A DNA stretch of 64,000 nt from an uncultured Spirochaetales bacterium (GCA_964353555.1 CAYGWM010000001.1:3659-67658), one strand, 5' to 3'; counted from the first letter of the stretch, positions 9,964 through 20,426 are shown. Translations and numbers: made by a program. The notes: generated from the letters alone by a model not told the origin.

Positions 9964-10692
9964 GTGATCGACAACCCCGTCGCCCTCGTGACCGGCGCCG
10001 CGCGCGGAATCGGCGCGGCCTGCGCGCGCGCGCTCGCTGCCGAGGGCTTCTGCGTCGCGATCCACTACAACGGCAGCGCCGACGCCGCGGCGAAGCTCGC
10101 GGGCGAGTTGCCCGACGCCTTCGCGCTGCGCGCGGACCTCGCCGATCCCGCGGCGATCGACGCGCTGCTCGCGGAACTCGCCGAGCGCGCCGGCCGCATC
10201 GACGTGCTCGTCAACAATGCCGGTCTCACGCGCAATGCGCCGACGCCGGTGATGAAACTCGACGACTACGACGCGGTGGCGGCGCTGTCGCGCGGTACCT
10301 GGTACTTGACCAAGCTCGTGCTGCGCAAGTTCATGATGAAGCAGAAGTCCGGGCGCATCATCCAGATCTCGAGCGTGGTGGGACACATCGGGAACCGCGG
10401 GCAATCGCCGTACACGATGGCGAAGGCGGGGCTCGACGCGCTGACGCGCTCGCTCGCGCTGGAACTCGCCGATCGCAACATCCTGGTGAACTCGGTGGCG
10501 CCCGGTTTCATCGAGACCGACATGACGGCCGCGCTGCCCGAGCAGGCGAAGCAGCAGATCCTCGCGCGCATCCCGCTCGGGCGGATGGGCACGCCCGAAG
10601 AGGTGGCCGAGGTGGTGGCGTTCCTCGCGACGCGCGGCGGCTACATCCAGGGCTCCGTGATCCATGTGAACGGGGGCCTTTACGGCGGCTGA
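9964..10692 (+). CDS. fabG: 3-oxoacyl-[ACP] reductase-like short-chain dehydrogenase
   Basis: 'TGAARGIGAA' cofactor motif, 'NNAG', catalytic 'SSVVGHIGNRGQSPYTMAKAG' and C-terminal 'GSVIHVNGGLY'. GTG start. Confidence 0.8.
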   Translation: MIDNPVALVTGAARGIGAACARALAAEGFCVAIHYNGSADAAAKLAGELPDAFALRADLADPAAIDALLAELAERAGRIDVLVNNAGLTRNAPTPVMKLDDYDAVAALSRGTWYLTKLVLRKFMMKQKSGRIIQISSVVGHIGNRGQSPYTMAKAGLDALTRSLALELADRNILVNSVAPGFIETDMTAALPEQAKQQILARIPLGRMGTPEEVAEVVAFLATRGGYIQGSVIHVNGGLYGG

Positions 10693-10750
10693 ACGCGCGC
10701 GATGTCTCGTCGCGGGCTGCGGCTACGTCGGAGCGGCGCTGGCTGCGCAG

Positions 10751-11590
10751 TTGCGCGATGCAGGCCACGAGGTATTCGGGCTGAAGCGCCAGCCTGCGGG
10801 TCTGCCCGATGGTGTGACGCCCATCCAGGCCGATCTGGCCGACGCGCATTCGCTCGCTGCCGCACTCGCCCGCATCGGCGAATCGCTCGACGTCGTGGTC
10901 TACGCCGCCGCGGCGGATCGCGGCGACGATGAGTCGTATCGGCGCTCGTACGTCGACGGACTGCGCAATGTGATCGGCGCGCTGCATGCGCGCTCCGCGA
11001 AGCCTGCGGCGGTGCTGTTCACGTCGAGCACCGCAGTCTATGCGCAGGCCGACGGCTCGTGGGTCGACGAATCGACTGCGACGGCGCCGCACGACTTTCG
11101 CGGGCTGCGCATGCTGGAAGCCGAAGCGGTGCTCGCGACGAGCGGTTTCCTGGCTGCGTCGCTGCGACTCGGCGGCATCTACGGTCCCGGTCGCACGCGA
11201 CTCGTCGAAAGCGTGCGCAGCGGCCGCGCGACGATCCGGCCGGGCCCTCCGCGCTATGGCAATCGCATCCACCGCGACGACGCCGCCGGCGCGCTTGCGC
11301 ATCTCGCGGCGCTGGCGCTCGGGGGTCGCGTGCTCGATCCGATCTACCTCGGCGTCGACGACGAGCCGAGCGACGAGGCGGTGGTGCTGCGCTGGATCGC
11401 GTCGCAACTAGGTGTCGCGGAGCCGCCGGTTCGCGACGACGAGCCGGCCGCGAGCGTGCGCGACGGCGATCGACCCACTTCGAACAAGCGCTGCTCGAAC
11501 GCGCGGCTGCGCGCGACTGGCTATCGCTTCCGGTTCCCGACCTTCCGCGAGGGCTACGCCGCGGCGATCGCGCTCGCTACTTCACCGTGA
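10751..11590 (+). CDS. NAD-dependent epimerase/dehydratase-family (atypical SDR) protein; start unresolved
   Basis: ORF-track start is TTG at 10751. However, the same frame upstream (10703-10750) encodes 'CLVAGCGYVGAALAAQL', the Rossmann GxGxxG, with no ATG/GTG/TTG. An ATG at 10702 is one base out of frame (see finding). Confidence 0.7.
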   Translation: MRDAGHEVFGLKRQPAGLPDGVTPIQADLADAHSLAAALARIGESLDVVVYAAAADRGDDESYRRSYVDGLRNVIGALHARSAKPAAVLFTSSTAVYAQADGSWVDESTATAPHDFRGLRMLEAEAVLATSGFLAASLRLGGIYGPGRTRLVESVRSGRATIRPGPPRYGNRIHRDDAAGALAHLAALALGGRVLDPIYLGVDDEPSDEAVVLRWIASQLGVAEPPVRDDEPAASVRDGDRPTSNKRCSNARLRATGYRFRFPTFREGYAAAIALATSP

Positions 11591-12056
11591 TCGTAATCGG
11601 CTCCGAGACCAGCGGTGGCTCGTGCGGCACGTGGTCCTTGTCGCCGAGCACAAGCTGGAGCGTGTGCTTGCCGGGCGTCAGTGCGGCGTTGGTCTCGGTC
11701 TGACCGCCGCCGAAATGAAGGTGCTTGTCGTCCTTCGGGAGCGGCACATCGAGGGCCGGCAGCTCGGAGTCGATGATCAGGTGGTGGTGACCGGTGTTCG
11801 GCGTCGCGACGCCCGCCGGCGCGACGCCCATGCCGATGAGTCCGAAGCGCACCGTCACCGGACTCGAAACCGTTTCGCCGTTTGCGGGCGAGATGAGGTA
11901 AAGCTTCGCGTCGGCGGGACGCGGCGTGCGCACGATCGCGTTGGCGGCCGCGGCTCTTGGTGCGGCCTCCTCCGCGCGTGCAGCAGGCAGCGCGGCGAAC
12001 GCGACGAGCACGACGGCGAGCGCCGAGACCGAGACGAGGCGGACGTGAAGGCTCAT
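11577..12056 (-). CDS. secreted DUF4399-like protein
   Basis: C-terminal 159 aa of ORF 11577..12635. Signal peptide 'LVSVSALAVVLVAFAALPAARA', then the 'NTGHHHLIID' and 'HLHFGGGQTE' motifs I associate with DUF4399. ATG at 12056. Confidence 0.6.
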   Translation of the reverse strand: MSLHVRLVSVSALAVVLVAFAALPAARAEEAAPRAAAANAIVRTPRPADAKLYLISPANGETVSSPVTVRFGLIGMGVAPAGVATPNTGHHHLIIDSELPALDVPLPKDDKHLHFGGGQTETNAALTPGKHTLQLVLGDKDHVPHEPPLVSEPITITVK

Positions 12057-14022
12057 GGCATCTCCCTTCGATGACGACAGCGATCCTACGCGATCACCGG
12101 TCGTGCTGAAAGCACGACGCGGGAACGCCGTCGCGATCGCGGCCGCGCTGCTGCTGCTCTTTGCGACGCTCGTCGCGTTGCGGCTGCACGGATTCTCGCT
12201 GGCGGCCTGGCACGAGGTGATCGACGGCAGCGCACCCAGCGAGGTGCTTCTCGGCGAGCCGCGGATGATCCGCTCCGACGACTGGAAGGTGCATCTGCCG
12301 CTGCTACTCGCGCAGACCGCGCAGACGCCGCGCTTCCCGGTGGTGAATCCGAGCGTCGGTCTCGGACAGAGCATGCTGCTGCCGGTCGACGCACTGGTCG
12401 CGCATTGGGTTGCGCTGTTCCGCCCGACGATGTGGGGATTCCTGCTCGGGCCCGACACGGGGATCGCGTGGCTGTGGTGGAGTCGCGTGCTCGGGCTCTT
12501 CGGGGTCTGGTTCGCGGTGTTGGCGGTGGTGACGCGCGGGCGTTTCGCACCTGCGGCGACCGGTGCTGCGCTTCTCGCGTGCGCGCCGTTCTTCCAGTTC
12601 TGGGCGTTCAACAGCGCGCCGCAGGTGACCAGCATGGGCGCGGCGTTCCTCGCGACGGTCGCGCTTGCGCGCGCGAAAGAATGGCGCTCGATCGTCGCGG
12701 CTGCGCTCGCGCTCGCGCTGTCGGGCGCATGGTTCGCGCTGTCGATCTATCCGCCGTATCAGGTGACGCTCGGCTGGCTCTACGTCGCGCTAGTAACGGG
12801 CTGGCTGCTCGATGCACGAGACGAGTTGCCGCTGCGCAATCACGTTGCGCTGCGTGCGCTCGCGCTCGCTGCGGCCGGTGTCAGCGTCGTCGCCGTGGTC
12901 GCCGCGTTTGCGTCCGATGCGAGTGATGCGATCGCGCTGATGCGCGACACCGCGTACCCCGGCCGCCGGATGTCGACCGGTGCCGAGCGCAACCTCGCGG
13001 AGCTGTGGAACACCAACCTCGGCGCACCGCTGTGGGCCGAGAAGTGGGGCCCGCTCTTCAACATCTGCGAGGCCGCGTCGTTCTGGATGCTATCGCCAGT
13101 GCCGATCACGTTGTTGCTGTGGCGCCGCACGCGCGGCGAGCGCATCGATGCGCTGACGGCGACCATCGCTCTCTACGCAGTTGTGATGACGCTCTACGCG
13201 CTGATCGGAGTTCCAACGTTCCTCGCGCGCGTGACGGCGCTGGGTTTCGTGCCTGGCAGGCGGGCCGTGATCGGGATCGGCATCGCCGATGCGATTCTGC
13301 TGGTGCGTTTCGCCGCGTGCAGCGCTGCTGCGCGACGCGAAGAGCGCGGGCGCGTGTTGGCAATCGCGCTCGCGTGGTTCGCGGTGCTGGCGGGCTGCTC
13401 GTTTTGGCTCGCGCGCGAGCTGCCCGATGCGCGGCTTCCGGTGCTGCTCGCGTTCGCGTTCGGGAACGCCGTGCTCGCAGCGTTCGTGCTGTGGATGCCG
13501 CGCAGCGCACTATTGGCGCTCGTCGCGCTGTCAGCGATCAGCACGCTGTGGTTCAACCCGCTTGCGGTGGGCGGCGCCGCCTATCTGCGCGACAACGCGC
13601 TCGCCCAGAAGATCACCGAGATCGATCGCGCGGAAGGCGGCGACACCACCTGGGTTTCGTTCGGTCGCGACGACCTGCCGAACTTGTTCCGCGCGATCGG
13701 CGTGCGCGCGCTGAACGGCGTCCACCCGATCCCGCAGCTCGCGCTGTGGAAGCGCATCGACCCCGCCGGCCGCTTTCGCAACGTCTACAACCGCTACGCG
13801 CACATCGCATTTGCCGCCGTGTCGTCGGGCGAGCCGCGCTTCCAACTCCATTCGCAGGACTACGTGATCGTGCAGATCCGCCCGAACTCCGACGAGTTCC
13901 GCGCGCTCGGCGTCACCCACGTGCTCGTCCGCGACGACGCAGCCGCCGCCTTCGAGCGCCTGAGCGGCTTCGAGCCCCTCGCGACGATCGGCCCAAACCA
14001 CCTATACCACGTCCCGAAGTAG
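12055..14022 (+). CDS. large polytopic membrane protein (655 aa), candidate GT-C-like glycosyltransferase/polymerase
   Basis: More than 10 hydrophobic helices followed by a soluble roughly 170-aa C-terminal domain. Sits in a glycosylation neighbourhood. Family not recognised, and the start is uncertain because it overlaps the divergent gene's start codon. Confidence 0.6.
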   Translation: MASPFDDDSDPTRSPVVLKARRGNAVAIAAALLLLFATLVALRLHGFSLAAWHEVIDGSAPSEVLLGEPRMIRSDDWKVHLPLLLAQTAQTPRFPVVNPSVGLGQSMLLPVDALVAHWVALFRPTMWGFLLGPDTGIAWLWWSRVLGLFGVWFAVLAVVTRGRFAPAATGAALLACAPFFQFWAFNSAPQVTSMGAAFLATVALARAKEWRSIVAAALALALSGAWFALSIYPPYQVTLGWLYVALVTGWLLDARDELPLRNHVALRALALAAAGVSVVAVVAAFASDASDAIALMRDTAYPGRRMSTGAERNLAELWNTNLGAPLWAEKWGPLFNICEAASFWMLSPVPITLLLWRRTRGERIDALTATIALYAVVMTLYALIGVPTFLARVTALGFVPGRRAVIGIGIADAILLVRFAACSAAARREERGRVLAIALAWFAVLAGCSFWLARELPDARLPVLLAFAFGNAVLAAFVLWMPRSALLALVALSAISTLWFNPLAVGGAAYLRDNALAQKITEIDRAEGGDTTWVSFGRDDLPNLFRAIGVRALNGVHPIPQLALWKRIDPAGRFRNVYNRYAHIAFAAVSSGEPRFQLHSQDYVIVQIRPNSDEFRALGVTHVLVRDDAAAAFERLSGFEPLATIGPNHLYHVPK

Positions 14023-14040
14023 CAGAATGGAGGAGAAAGG

Positions 14041-14152
14041 GAGAAAGGGGACGGTCCTGGGCGAGGACGGGCTGAGGACTGGAGGGACACACCTCGGCAA
14101 GTGTGTCCCTCCAGTCCTCAGCCAGGTCACTTCGAGGACCGTCCCCTTTCTC
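14041..14152. terminator. nested perfect inverted repeats (about 112 nt) between convergent genes; putative bidirectional terminator
   Basis: The inner stem 14074-14092 'gaggactggagggacacac' pairs perfectly with 14101-14119 (19 bp, 8-nt loop). It is extended by ggct/agcc. The outer stem 14041-14058 'gagaaaggggacggtcct' pairs perfectly with 14135-14152 (18 bp). No clear U-tract. Confidence 0.55.
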
Positions 14153-15047
14153 CTCCGATGCTGGCGAGGAAGTGCAGCTTGCGGAGAGCGGCGCGACCGC
14201 GCAGCGAGACGAGGTCGGTGGCGATTCGGGCGGCGAGGTGCAGGCGCACGATCGCTTTGCCTTCGGCGACGCGCGCGGCGTCGCGAAAGCCGCGTTCGCG
14301 CGCGCGCGCGGCGATCCAGTCCATCACTGCGACTTCTTCTTGGAAGCGCGAGAGATCTTCGGTCTGCACGGCGGTCGCGCTCTCGGCGTGACGCCGGTAG
14401 GCGTAGGCACGGCGCCGCGTGCCGGCGATCGACTCGCCGTCTAGCAGCAGGCGCGCGAGCATCTCGAGGTCTTGCGCCTGCTTCAGGCCGGCTTCGAAGC
14501 GGCGCGCGCCGAGACGCTCGCGCCGCCACGCGAGCGTTGGACACATCACGAAGTCGGCGCGCGCGAGTGCGCGCAGGCCCGATTCGCCTTCGATCTGCCA
14601 CGGTTCACCGCGCGGGACGAGGCGGCGCTTCACCGCGTCGGCGAGCGAAAAGCGCGGGCGGCCCTGCGCATCGATGATCTCCGCGTCGCAGCACAGCGCG
14701 ACCGCGCGCGGGTGGGCGTCGGCCAGCGCGAAGATCACGTCGCAGTAGTCCGGCAGCAGCCGGTCGTCGGCGTGCAGCAGCGTGACCCACTCGGTCGTGG
14801 CGAGGTCGAGGCCGCGGTTCCAGTTTCCGACGATCCCGAGCGTCGTCTGGTTGTCGTGGTACGTGATGCGCGCATCGCCGAAGCGAGCGACGAGATCTGC
14901 GACGCCGCCCGGCTCGCCGCGGTCGTCGAGCACGATGCAGCGCCACCTGATGACGCGCTGGTCTCGCACGCTCTCGATCGTTTCGCGCAGATAGCCGAGG
15001 CCGCGGTGGAACGGAATCGCGAAGGTGATGCGCGCGGCGGTGCTCAT
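14127..15047 (-). CDS. family-2 glycosyltransferase (soluble)
   Basis: C-terminal 306 aa of ORF 14127..15926: 'ITFAIPFHRGLGYLRETIESVRDQ', 'IVLDDRG' and 'LLHADDRLLPDY' (GT2 DxD region). ATG at 15047. Confidence 0.8.
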   Translation of the reverse strand: MSTAARITFAIPFHRGLGYLRETIESVRDQRVIRWRCIVLDDRGEPGGVADLVARFGDARITYHDNQTTLGIVGNWNRGLDLATTEWVTLLHADDRLLPDYCDVIFALADAHPRAVALCCDAEIIDAQGRPRFSLADAVKRRLVPRGEPWQIEGESGLRALARADFVMCPTLAWRRERLGARRFEAGLKQAQDLEMLARLLLDGESIAGTRRRAYAYRRHAESATAVQTEDLSRFQEEVAVMDWIAARARERGFRDAARVAEGKAIVRLHLAARIATDLVSLRGRAALRKLHFLASIGGERGRSSK

Positions 15048-15074
15048 CGCGGCGCGGAGACTACAATCGCCCGC

Positions 15075-15671
15075 GTGGAGCCGCCGCGCGATACCCGGGA
15101 AGCCGCCTACGCCGAGCGCCTCGAGCGCCTCGCGGGCGCGCGCTGGAAGCGCTGGTTCGACGTGCAGCGGCCCTATCGCTGGAACCTGCGGCGCCTCGCG
15201 CTCGGCCGCACACTGGAGATCGGCTGCGGAATCGGGCGCAATCTCGCCTCGCTCGCCCCCGCTGCCGTCGGAATCGACCACAACGCGCACGCGGTCGAGA
15301 TCGCGCGCGCGCGCGGCTTTCGCGCCTTCTTGCCCGATGCGTTTTGCGCGTCGGCCGACGCGGCGCTGCCCTTCGACGCGCTGCTGTTCGCGCACGTGCT
15401 CGAACACATGACGCGCGCCGATGCGGCCGCACTGGTAGCGCAGTGGCTCCGCCATCTGCGCCCGGGCGGAAAGGTACTGCTGATCACGCCGCAGGAGGCC
15501 GGTTTTCGCTCGGACCCGAGCCACGTCGAGTTCATGGACTTCGACGCGCTGCGCGCGCTTCTCGAGGATGTGGGATGCGAGACGCTGGGCGCGTACTCGT
15601 TCCCGTTCCCGCGACTCGCCGGCCGCGTGTTCCCGCACAACGAGTTCGTGGTGCTGGGGCGGCGCCGCTAG
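15075..15671 (+). CDS. class I SAM-dependent methyltransferase
   Basis: C-terminal 198 aa of ORF 14472..15671. Motif I 'LEIGCGIGRN', plus 'LLFAHVLEHM' and 'LRPGGKVLLITP'. GTG at 15075 is the first start that does not overlap the divergent GT2. Confidence 0.7.
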   Translation: MEPPRDTREAAYAERLERLAGARWKRWFDVQRPYRWNLRRLALGRTLEIGCGIGRNLASLAPAAVGIDHNAHAVEIARARGFRAFLPDAFCASADAALPFDALLFAHVLEHMTRADAAALVAQWLRHLRPGGKVLLITPQEAGFRSDPSHVEFMDFDALRALLEDVGCETLGAYSFPFPRLAGRVFPHNEFVVLGRRR

Positions 15672-17902
15672 AAACGCCGGCGCCGCCGCAGGGAGTCGGC
15701 GCCGCTCGCGACGGCCACAACCGCGAGCGTGCTCCAACTGATTGCCGTGAGCAGCAGATAGCTGGAGGGTTCGTATCTGAAGCGCACGTGGTTCACGCCC
15801 GCGTGCACGCGCACGGCCCGGAACAGGAAGTCGCCGCCTAAGACGGGAACCTCCGCGCCGTCCACCGTCGCACGCCACGAGCGCGCCCAGCGGTCGGTGA
15901 CGAGGATCCATCCCGCCCTCGGGCAATCCACGTCGATCGCGAGCTCTTCGGGCGTGTAGCGCTCGACGACCGCGGCGATCGGCTGCGCGGCGGGGAAGGT
16001 GGACGGATCGGGGAGTACGGCGTCTTCGGAAGTCGCGCCGAGCATGGTCTCACGGCGGTGTAATACGAGAGGAAGTGACTGGATCTGCTCCGCACGCGCG
16101 ACGAAGCGCCGCCAGGCCTCGTCGTTCAGCGGGATCTCGGGTGCTTCGCTCGCGAACCAGGTGCGCGGTCGCCCGCGCTCTTGCTGGAGAGCGGCCGACA
16201 GCAGTACCGGGATGTCGAGCCAGCGCTCGTGGAAGCTGTTGCGGAGCGAATCGTAGCCGCGAAACGTCGCGATCTTGAGGGCGACGTTCATGCCGCTCGG
16301 CTCGCCACCGAATTGCGTTTCGAGCATGCGCGTGAGCCCGTTCGGGGTGAGATCCAGGCTCGGCGAGCGTAGCCCCTCGAGGCCGCTCCACGCGAAGAGC
16401 AGTCCCCGGTGCGTGCTGTAGAGGGTGGGCGAGAGAGTGTGGGTCACGACTGCGTCGATCGACACCATAAAAAGTAGAGCGAGCGCAGCCAGCCCATGGC
16501 GCCGTCGTTCGAGCGCGGGGCCCACCAGCGGAAAAGCCGCGATGCCGAGCCAGACGCTCACGACGTGAAGGCGCGCCAAGCGGGCATTCGCGCCGGAATA
16601 CGAGGCTTCTCGCACGACCCAGGCAAATGCCGCGATCGCGACGAGTGCCGCTCCGGCCGAGACCACCGCGAAGCGTCGCCACGGCGCACGGTCGCCGTTC
16701 GCGAGCGCGCGCCACAGATCGGTCGTTCCGCACGCCGCGAGCACGACCACTGCGAACATCGTGTAGACGCGGAAGAGCGCCGCGTGGCGAAAGAAGCGCG
16801 AGGGCGGGAAGAGGTCGTAGAGCCAGCCGCGCAACGGAGTCGCGTCGCCGACGGCGAGCGCCGCAGAGAGTGCGGCGAGCGCGACGAGTCCGACGCGGAA
16901 ACGACTCCGTGTGCCGCTCGCGACTGCGAAGAGCGCGAGACACAGAACGGCCGCGCCGCAGTAGAGGCTGCACATCGTCACGTCCGTGCGCGGCCACAGT
17001 CGCGGGTTCGCGAGTTTCACCGCGAGTAGATGCGGACTCGCGAACGTCGCGAACGCCCCAGGGTCCAGCGCGTCCGATCCGATCGCGACCTCGCGCGTCT
17101 TCGGGCCGCTGGAGCCGCTGTAGCCGGTGGTCTCGTGCAGGATCGCCGTGTAGGCCGGCGCGAGAACGATCCCGCCGACGATCCCGAACGTCAGCGCGAT
17201 CGCTCCGGCACGCATCGGGGAGCTACCACGCCATCGCAGCGCCACCCAACTCGCTGCGAAGGCCGGATTCAAGATCGTCATCGCCGGATAGCCAGACAGC
17301 GCGGAGAGCCCCCAGAGCGCGCCCGCCTGCGCCGCCGGCAACAGCCATCGCTCCTCTCGCGCGGCGACGTCGAGTCGCAGCAGGATCAGCGGAAGATAGC
17401 TGAACGAGATCAGGATCGGCACGTGCTGCGCCTGTCCCACGTAGAGTCCGCAGTAGAGCCAGCCGATCGCCGGAACGAGGGCGCCCCACGGCGGAGCGCC
17501 GAGTCGCGCTGCGAGCGCGAGGATGCCGAGTCCGCCCAGCAGCCAGTGCGAGAGCCAGAGAATCGTGAAGCCGCGTGCCGATCCGCCGGTCCACGCGCCG
17601 AGGGCAACCGACACCGGCGAGAAGGTGCCCGACTGCGGATCTGCGAAGGAGGGCGAGCCTGCCTGCGTCCACGGATTCCAGAAGAGCAAGCGACCGGCTC
17701 GCGCGTGATCGGCCAACAGGATCTGGTTCGGCGCATGCAAGTCACGCGCGTCCCACGCCGGCACCCCGGCGCCCGCGACGAGACGATTCTCGATTGCAAA
17801 GAACAACGCGCAGAGCCACAGAACCGCGAGCAGCCACGCGCCGCGGCGCGTCCGACGGTTGGTTGCTCCGTTCGCCTCGCCTTGCACAGATCCAGAATGC
17901 AC
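15668..17902 (-). CDS. YfhO-family polytopic membrane protein (putative lipid-carrier-dependent glycosyltransferase)
   Basis: 744 aa with many TM helices. The C-terminal beta-rich domain ends in a last TM ('WRATVDGAEVPVLGGDFLFRAVRVHAGVNHVRFRYEPSSYLLLTAISW'), the architecture I associate with YfhO. GTG start lies 3 nt after the upstream GT2 stop. Confidence 0.7.
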   Translation of the reverse strand: MHSGSVQGEANGATNRRTRRGAWLLAVLWLCALFFAIENRLVAGAGVPAWDARDLHAPNQILLADHARAGRLLFWNPWTQAGSPSFADPQSGTFSPVSVALGAWTGGSARGFTILWLSHWLLGGLGILALAARLGAPPWGALVPAIGWLYCGLYVGQAQHVPILISFSYLPLILLRLDVAAREERWLLPAAQAGALWGLSALSGYPAMTILNPAFAASWVALRWRGSSPMRAGAIALTFGIVGGIVLAPAYTAILHETTGYSGSSGPKTREVAIGSDALDPGAFATFASPHLLAVKLANPRLWPRTDVTMCSLYCGAAVLCLALFAVASGTRSRFRVGLVALAALSAALAVGDATPLRGWLYDLFPPSRFFRHAALFRVYTMFAVVVLAACGTTDLWRALANGDRAPWRRFAVVSAGAALVAIAAFAWVVREASYSGANARLARLHVVSVWLGIAAFPLVGPALERRRHGLAALALLFMVSIDAVVTHTLSPTLYSTHRGLLFAWSGLEGLRSPSLDLTPNGLTRMLETQFGGEPSGMNVALKIATFRGYDSLRNSFHERWLDIPVLLSAALQQERGRPRTWFASEAPEIPLNDEAWRRFVARAEQIQSLPLVLHRRETMLGATSEDAVLPDPSTFPAAQPIAAVVERYTPEELAIDVDCPRAGWILVTDRWARSWRATVDGAEVPVLGGDFLFRAVRVHAGVNHVRFRYEPSSYLLLTAISWSTLAVVAVASGADSLRRRRRF

Positions 17903-17905
17903 TCG

Positions 17906-18865
<960 letters not shown>

Positions 18866-18949
18866 GCCGGCCAAGGATACATCCTCCGTTGCACGCGCCG
18901 ACCTACGGCCAAATTGCCCAGCGGTTGCTCGTCGCAATCAATGTCGCGG

Positions 18950-20416
18950 TCAGCCGCGCACGAAGCGGTAGTCGTGCCAGTTCGGGTGGCGCGTGCGCCG
19001 CCAGTAGTCGGTCGTGAAGCCGGACCAGTTGTTGACGACCTTGCCGGAAGCGGTCTTGTACCAACTCGCGCATCCGGCGGTCCAAGCGGTCTTCGCGAGC
19101 GCCGCTTGGAGATCGCGGTTGTAGCGGTCCATCACGTCGCGACGCACGTCGAGCCACGAGACATGGCGCCTCTGCAGTTCCTGGATGCACTGCACCGCGT
19201 AGCCGACCTGGCACTCGATCATGAAGATGATGGAGTTGTGGCCGAGGTTGGTATTCGGGCCGTAGAGCATGAACAGGTTGGGGAAGCCTGCGACCGTCAC
19301 GCCCAGGTACGCCTCGGCGCCGCCGCGCCATATTTCGTCGAGCTTCGCGCCGCCGAGACCTTCGATCGCGAGCGGCGCCAGGAACGTGGTGGTCTCGAAG
19401 CCGGTGCCGAAAACGATCGTGTCGGCCGGTCGCGCGACGCCGTCCTTCGTGACCACCGCGTCGCGCGTCACCTGCACGATCGGCTCGTCGACGACTTCGA
19501 CGCTCTGCCGCACCAACGCCTGGTAGTAGTCGTCGGAGATCAGGATACGCTTGCAGCCGATCGGATAGTCGGGCGTGAGCTTCGCGCGCAGCACCGGGTC
19601 GCTCACTTGCGCATGCAGGTACTCGGTCGCGATGCGGGTCATCCGGCGCGAGAACCAGCTATCGCGCAGGAACGCCAGGAAGCGGATCTCGAGCATCGAC
19701 CAGATGAACGCGCGCACTGTGCGCAGCAGCAGCGGATGGCGCCGGAAGCGCGCCTTGTCGGCTTCGCTGAACTTGCGGTCGTTGCGAGGGATCACCCAGT
19801 TGGCCGAGCGCTGGAAGACCGTCACCCGCTCCGCGGTCTTCGCGATTTCCGGGATGAACTGCAGCGCGCTCGCGCCGTTGCCGATCACCGCGACGCGCTC
19901 GCCGCTCGTATCGTGCTCGTGGTTCCAGCGCGCCGAGTGGAAGCTCGTGCCCTCGAACGACGACAGACCCGGAATCTCCGGGAAGTGCGGGCGGTTCAGT
20001 TGTCCGAGTCCGGAGACCAGCGCCTTCGCGGTGATCTCTTCGTCGGCGCTGGTGCGGATGCGCCATACGCCCGCGTGCTCGTCGAAGCTCGCGCCCGCGA
20101 TCTCGGTGCCGAAGCGGATCTGCGCGAGGATCTGGTACTTCTCCGCGCAGTGGCGCAGATAGCGCTGGATCTCCGGTTGCGGCGAAAATGCGCGACTCCA
20201 CTCCGGATTCGGCTCGAACGAGAACGAGTAGAGATGCGAGGGAACGTCGCAGCCGGAGCCCGGATACGAGTTGTCGAGCCAGGTGCCGCCGACGTCTTGC
20301 GACTTCTCGAAGATCTCGAACGACGGGATGCCTGCCTTGCGGAGCTGAATCGCCATACAGAGGCCCGACACGCCCGCGCCGAGAATCGCGACTTCCAAAT
20401 GCTGCCGGTTCGCCAT
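18950..20416 (-). CDS. type I Baeyer-Villiger / flavin-containing monooxygenase
   Basis: FAD Rossmann 'ILGAGVSGL', NADPH Rossmann 'VIGNGASA' and BVMO fingerprint FxGxxxHxxxW present as 'FEGTSFHSARW'. Confidence 0.85.
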   Translation of the reverse strand: MANRQHLEVAILGAGVSGLCMAIQLRKAGIPSFEIFEKSQDVGGTWLDNSYPGSGCDVPSHLYSFSFEPNPEWSRAFSPQPEIQRYLRHCAEKYQILAQIRFGTEIAGASFDEHAGVWRIRTSADEEITAKALVSGLGQLNRPHFPEIPGLSSFEGTSFHSARWNHEHDTSGERVAVIGNGASALQFIPEIAKTAERVTVFQRSANWVIPRNDRKFSEADKARFRRHPLLLRTVRAFIWSMLEIRFLAFLRDSWFSRRMTRIATEYLHAQVSDPVLRAKLTPDYPIGCKRILISDDYYQALVRQSVEVVDEPIVQVTRDAVVTKDGVARPADTIVFGTGFETTTFLAPLAIEGLGGAKLDEIWRGGAEAYLGVTVAGFPNLFMLYGPNTNLGHNSIIFMIECQVGYAVQCIQELQRRHVSWLDVRRDVMDRYNRDLQAALAKTAWTAGCASWYKTASGKVVNNWSGFTTDYWRRTRHPNWHDYRFVRG

Positions 20417-20426
20417 CAGGGCGACG

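Noticed and set aside
7312-10665. 1117-aa ORF on the minus strand, the longest-looking 'gene' in this region
   Set aside because: It is antisense to the well-supported dinG and fabG genes. Its composition is dominated by Arg/Ala/Gly/Glu/His with no recognisable motif, which is typical of a high-GC antisense artefact.
9964-11590. fabG plus the SDR epimerase as part of the glycosylation cluster
   Set aside because: Adjacency only. Both are generic SDRs, and nothing in the sequence ties them to the downstream modules.
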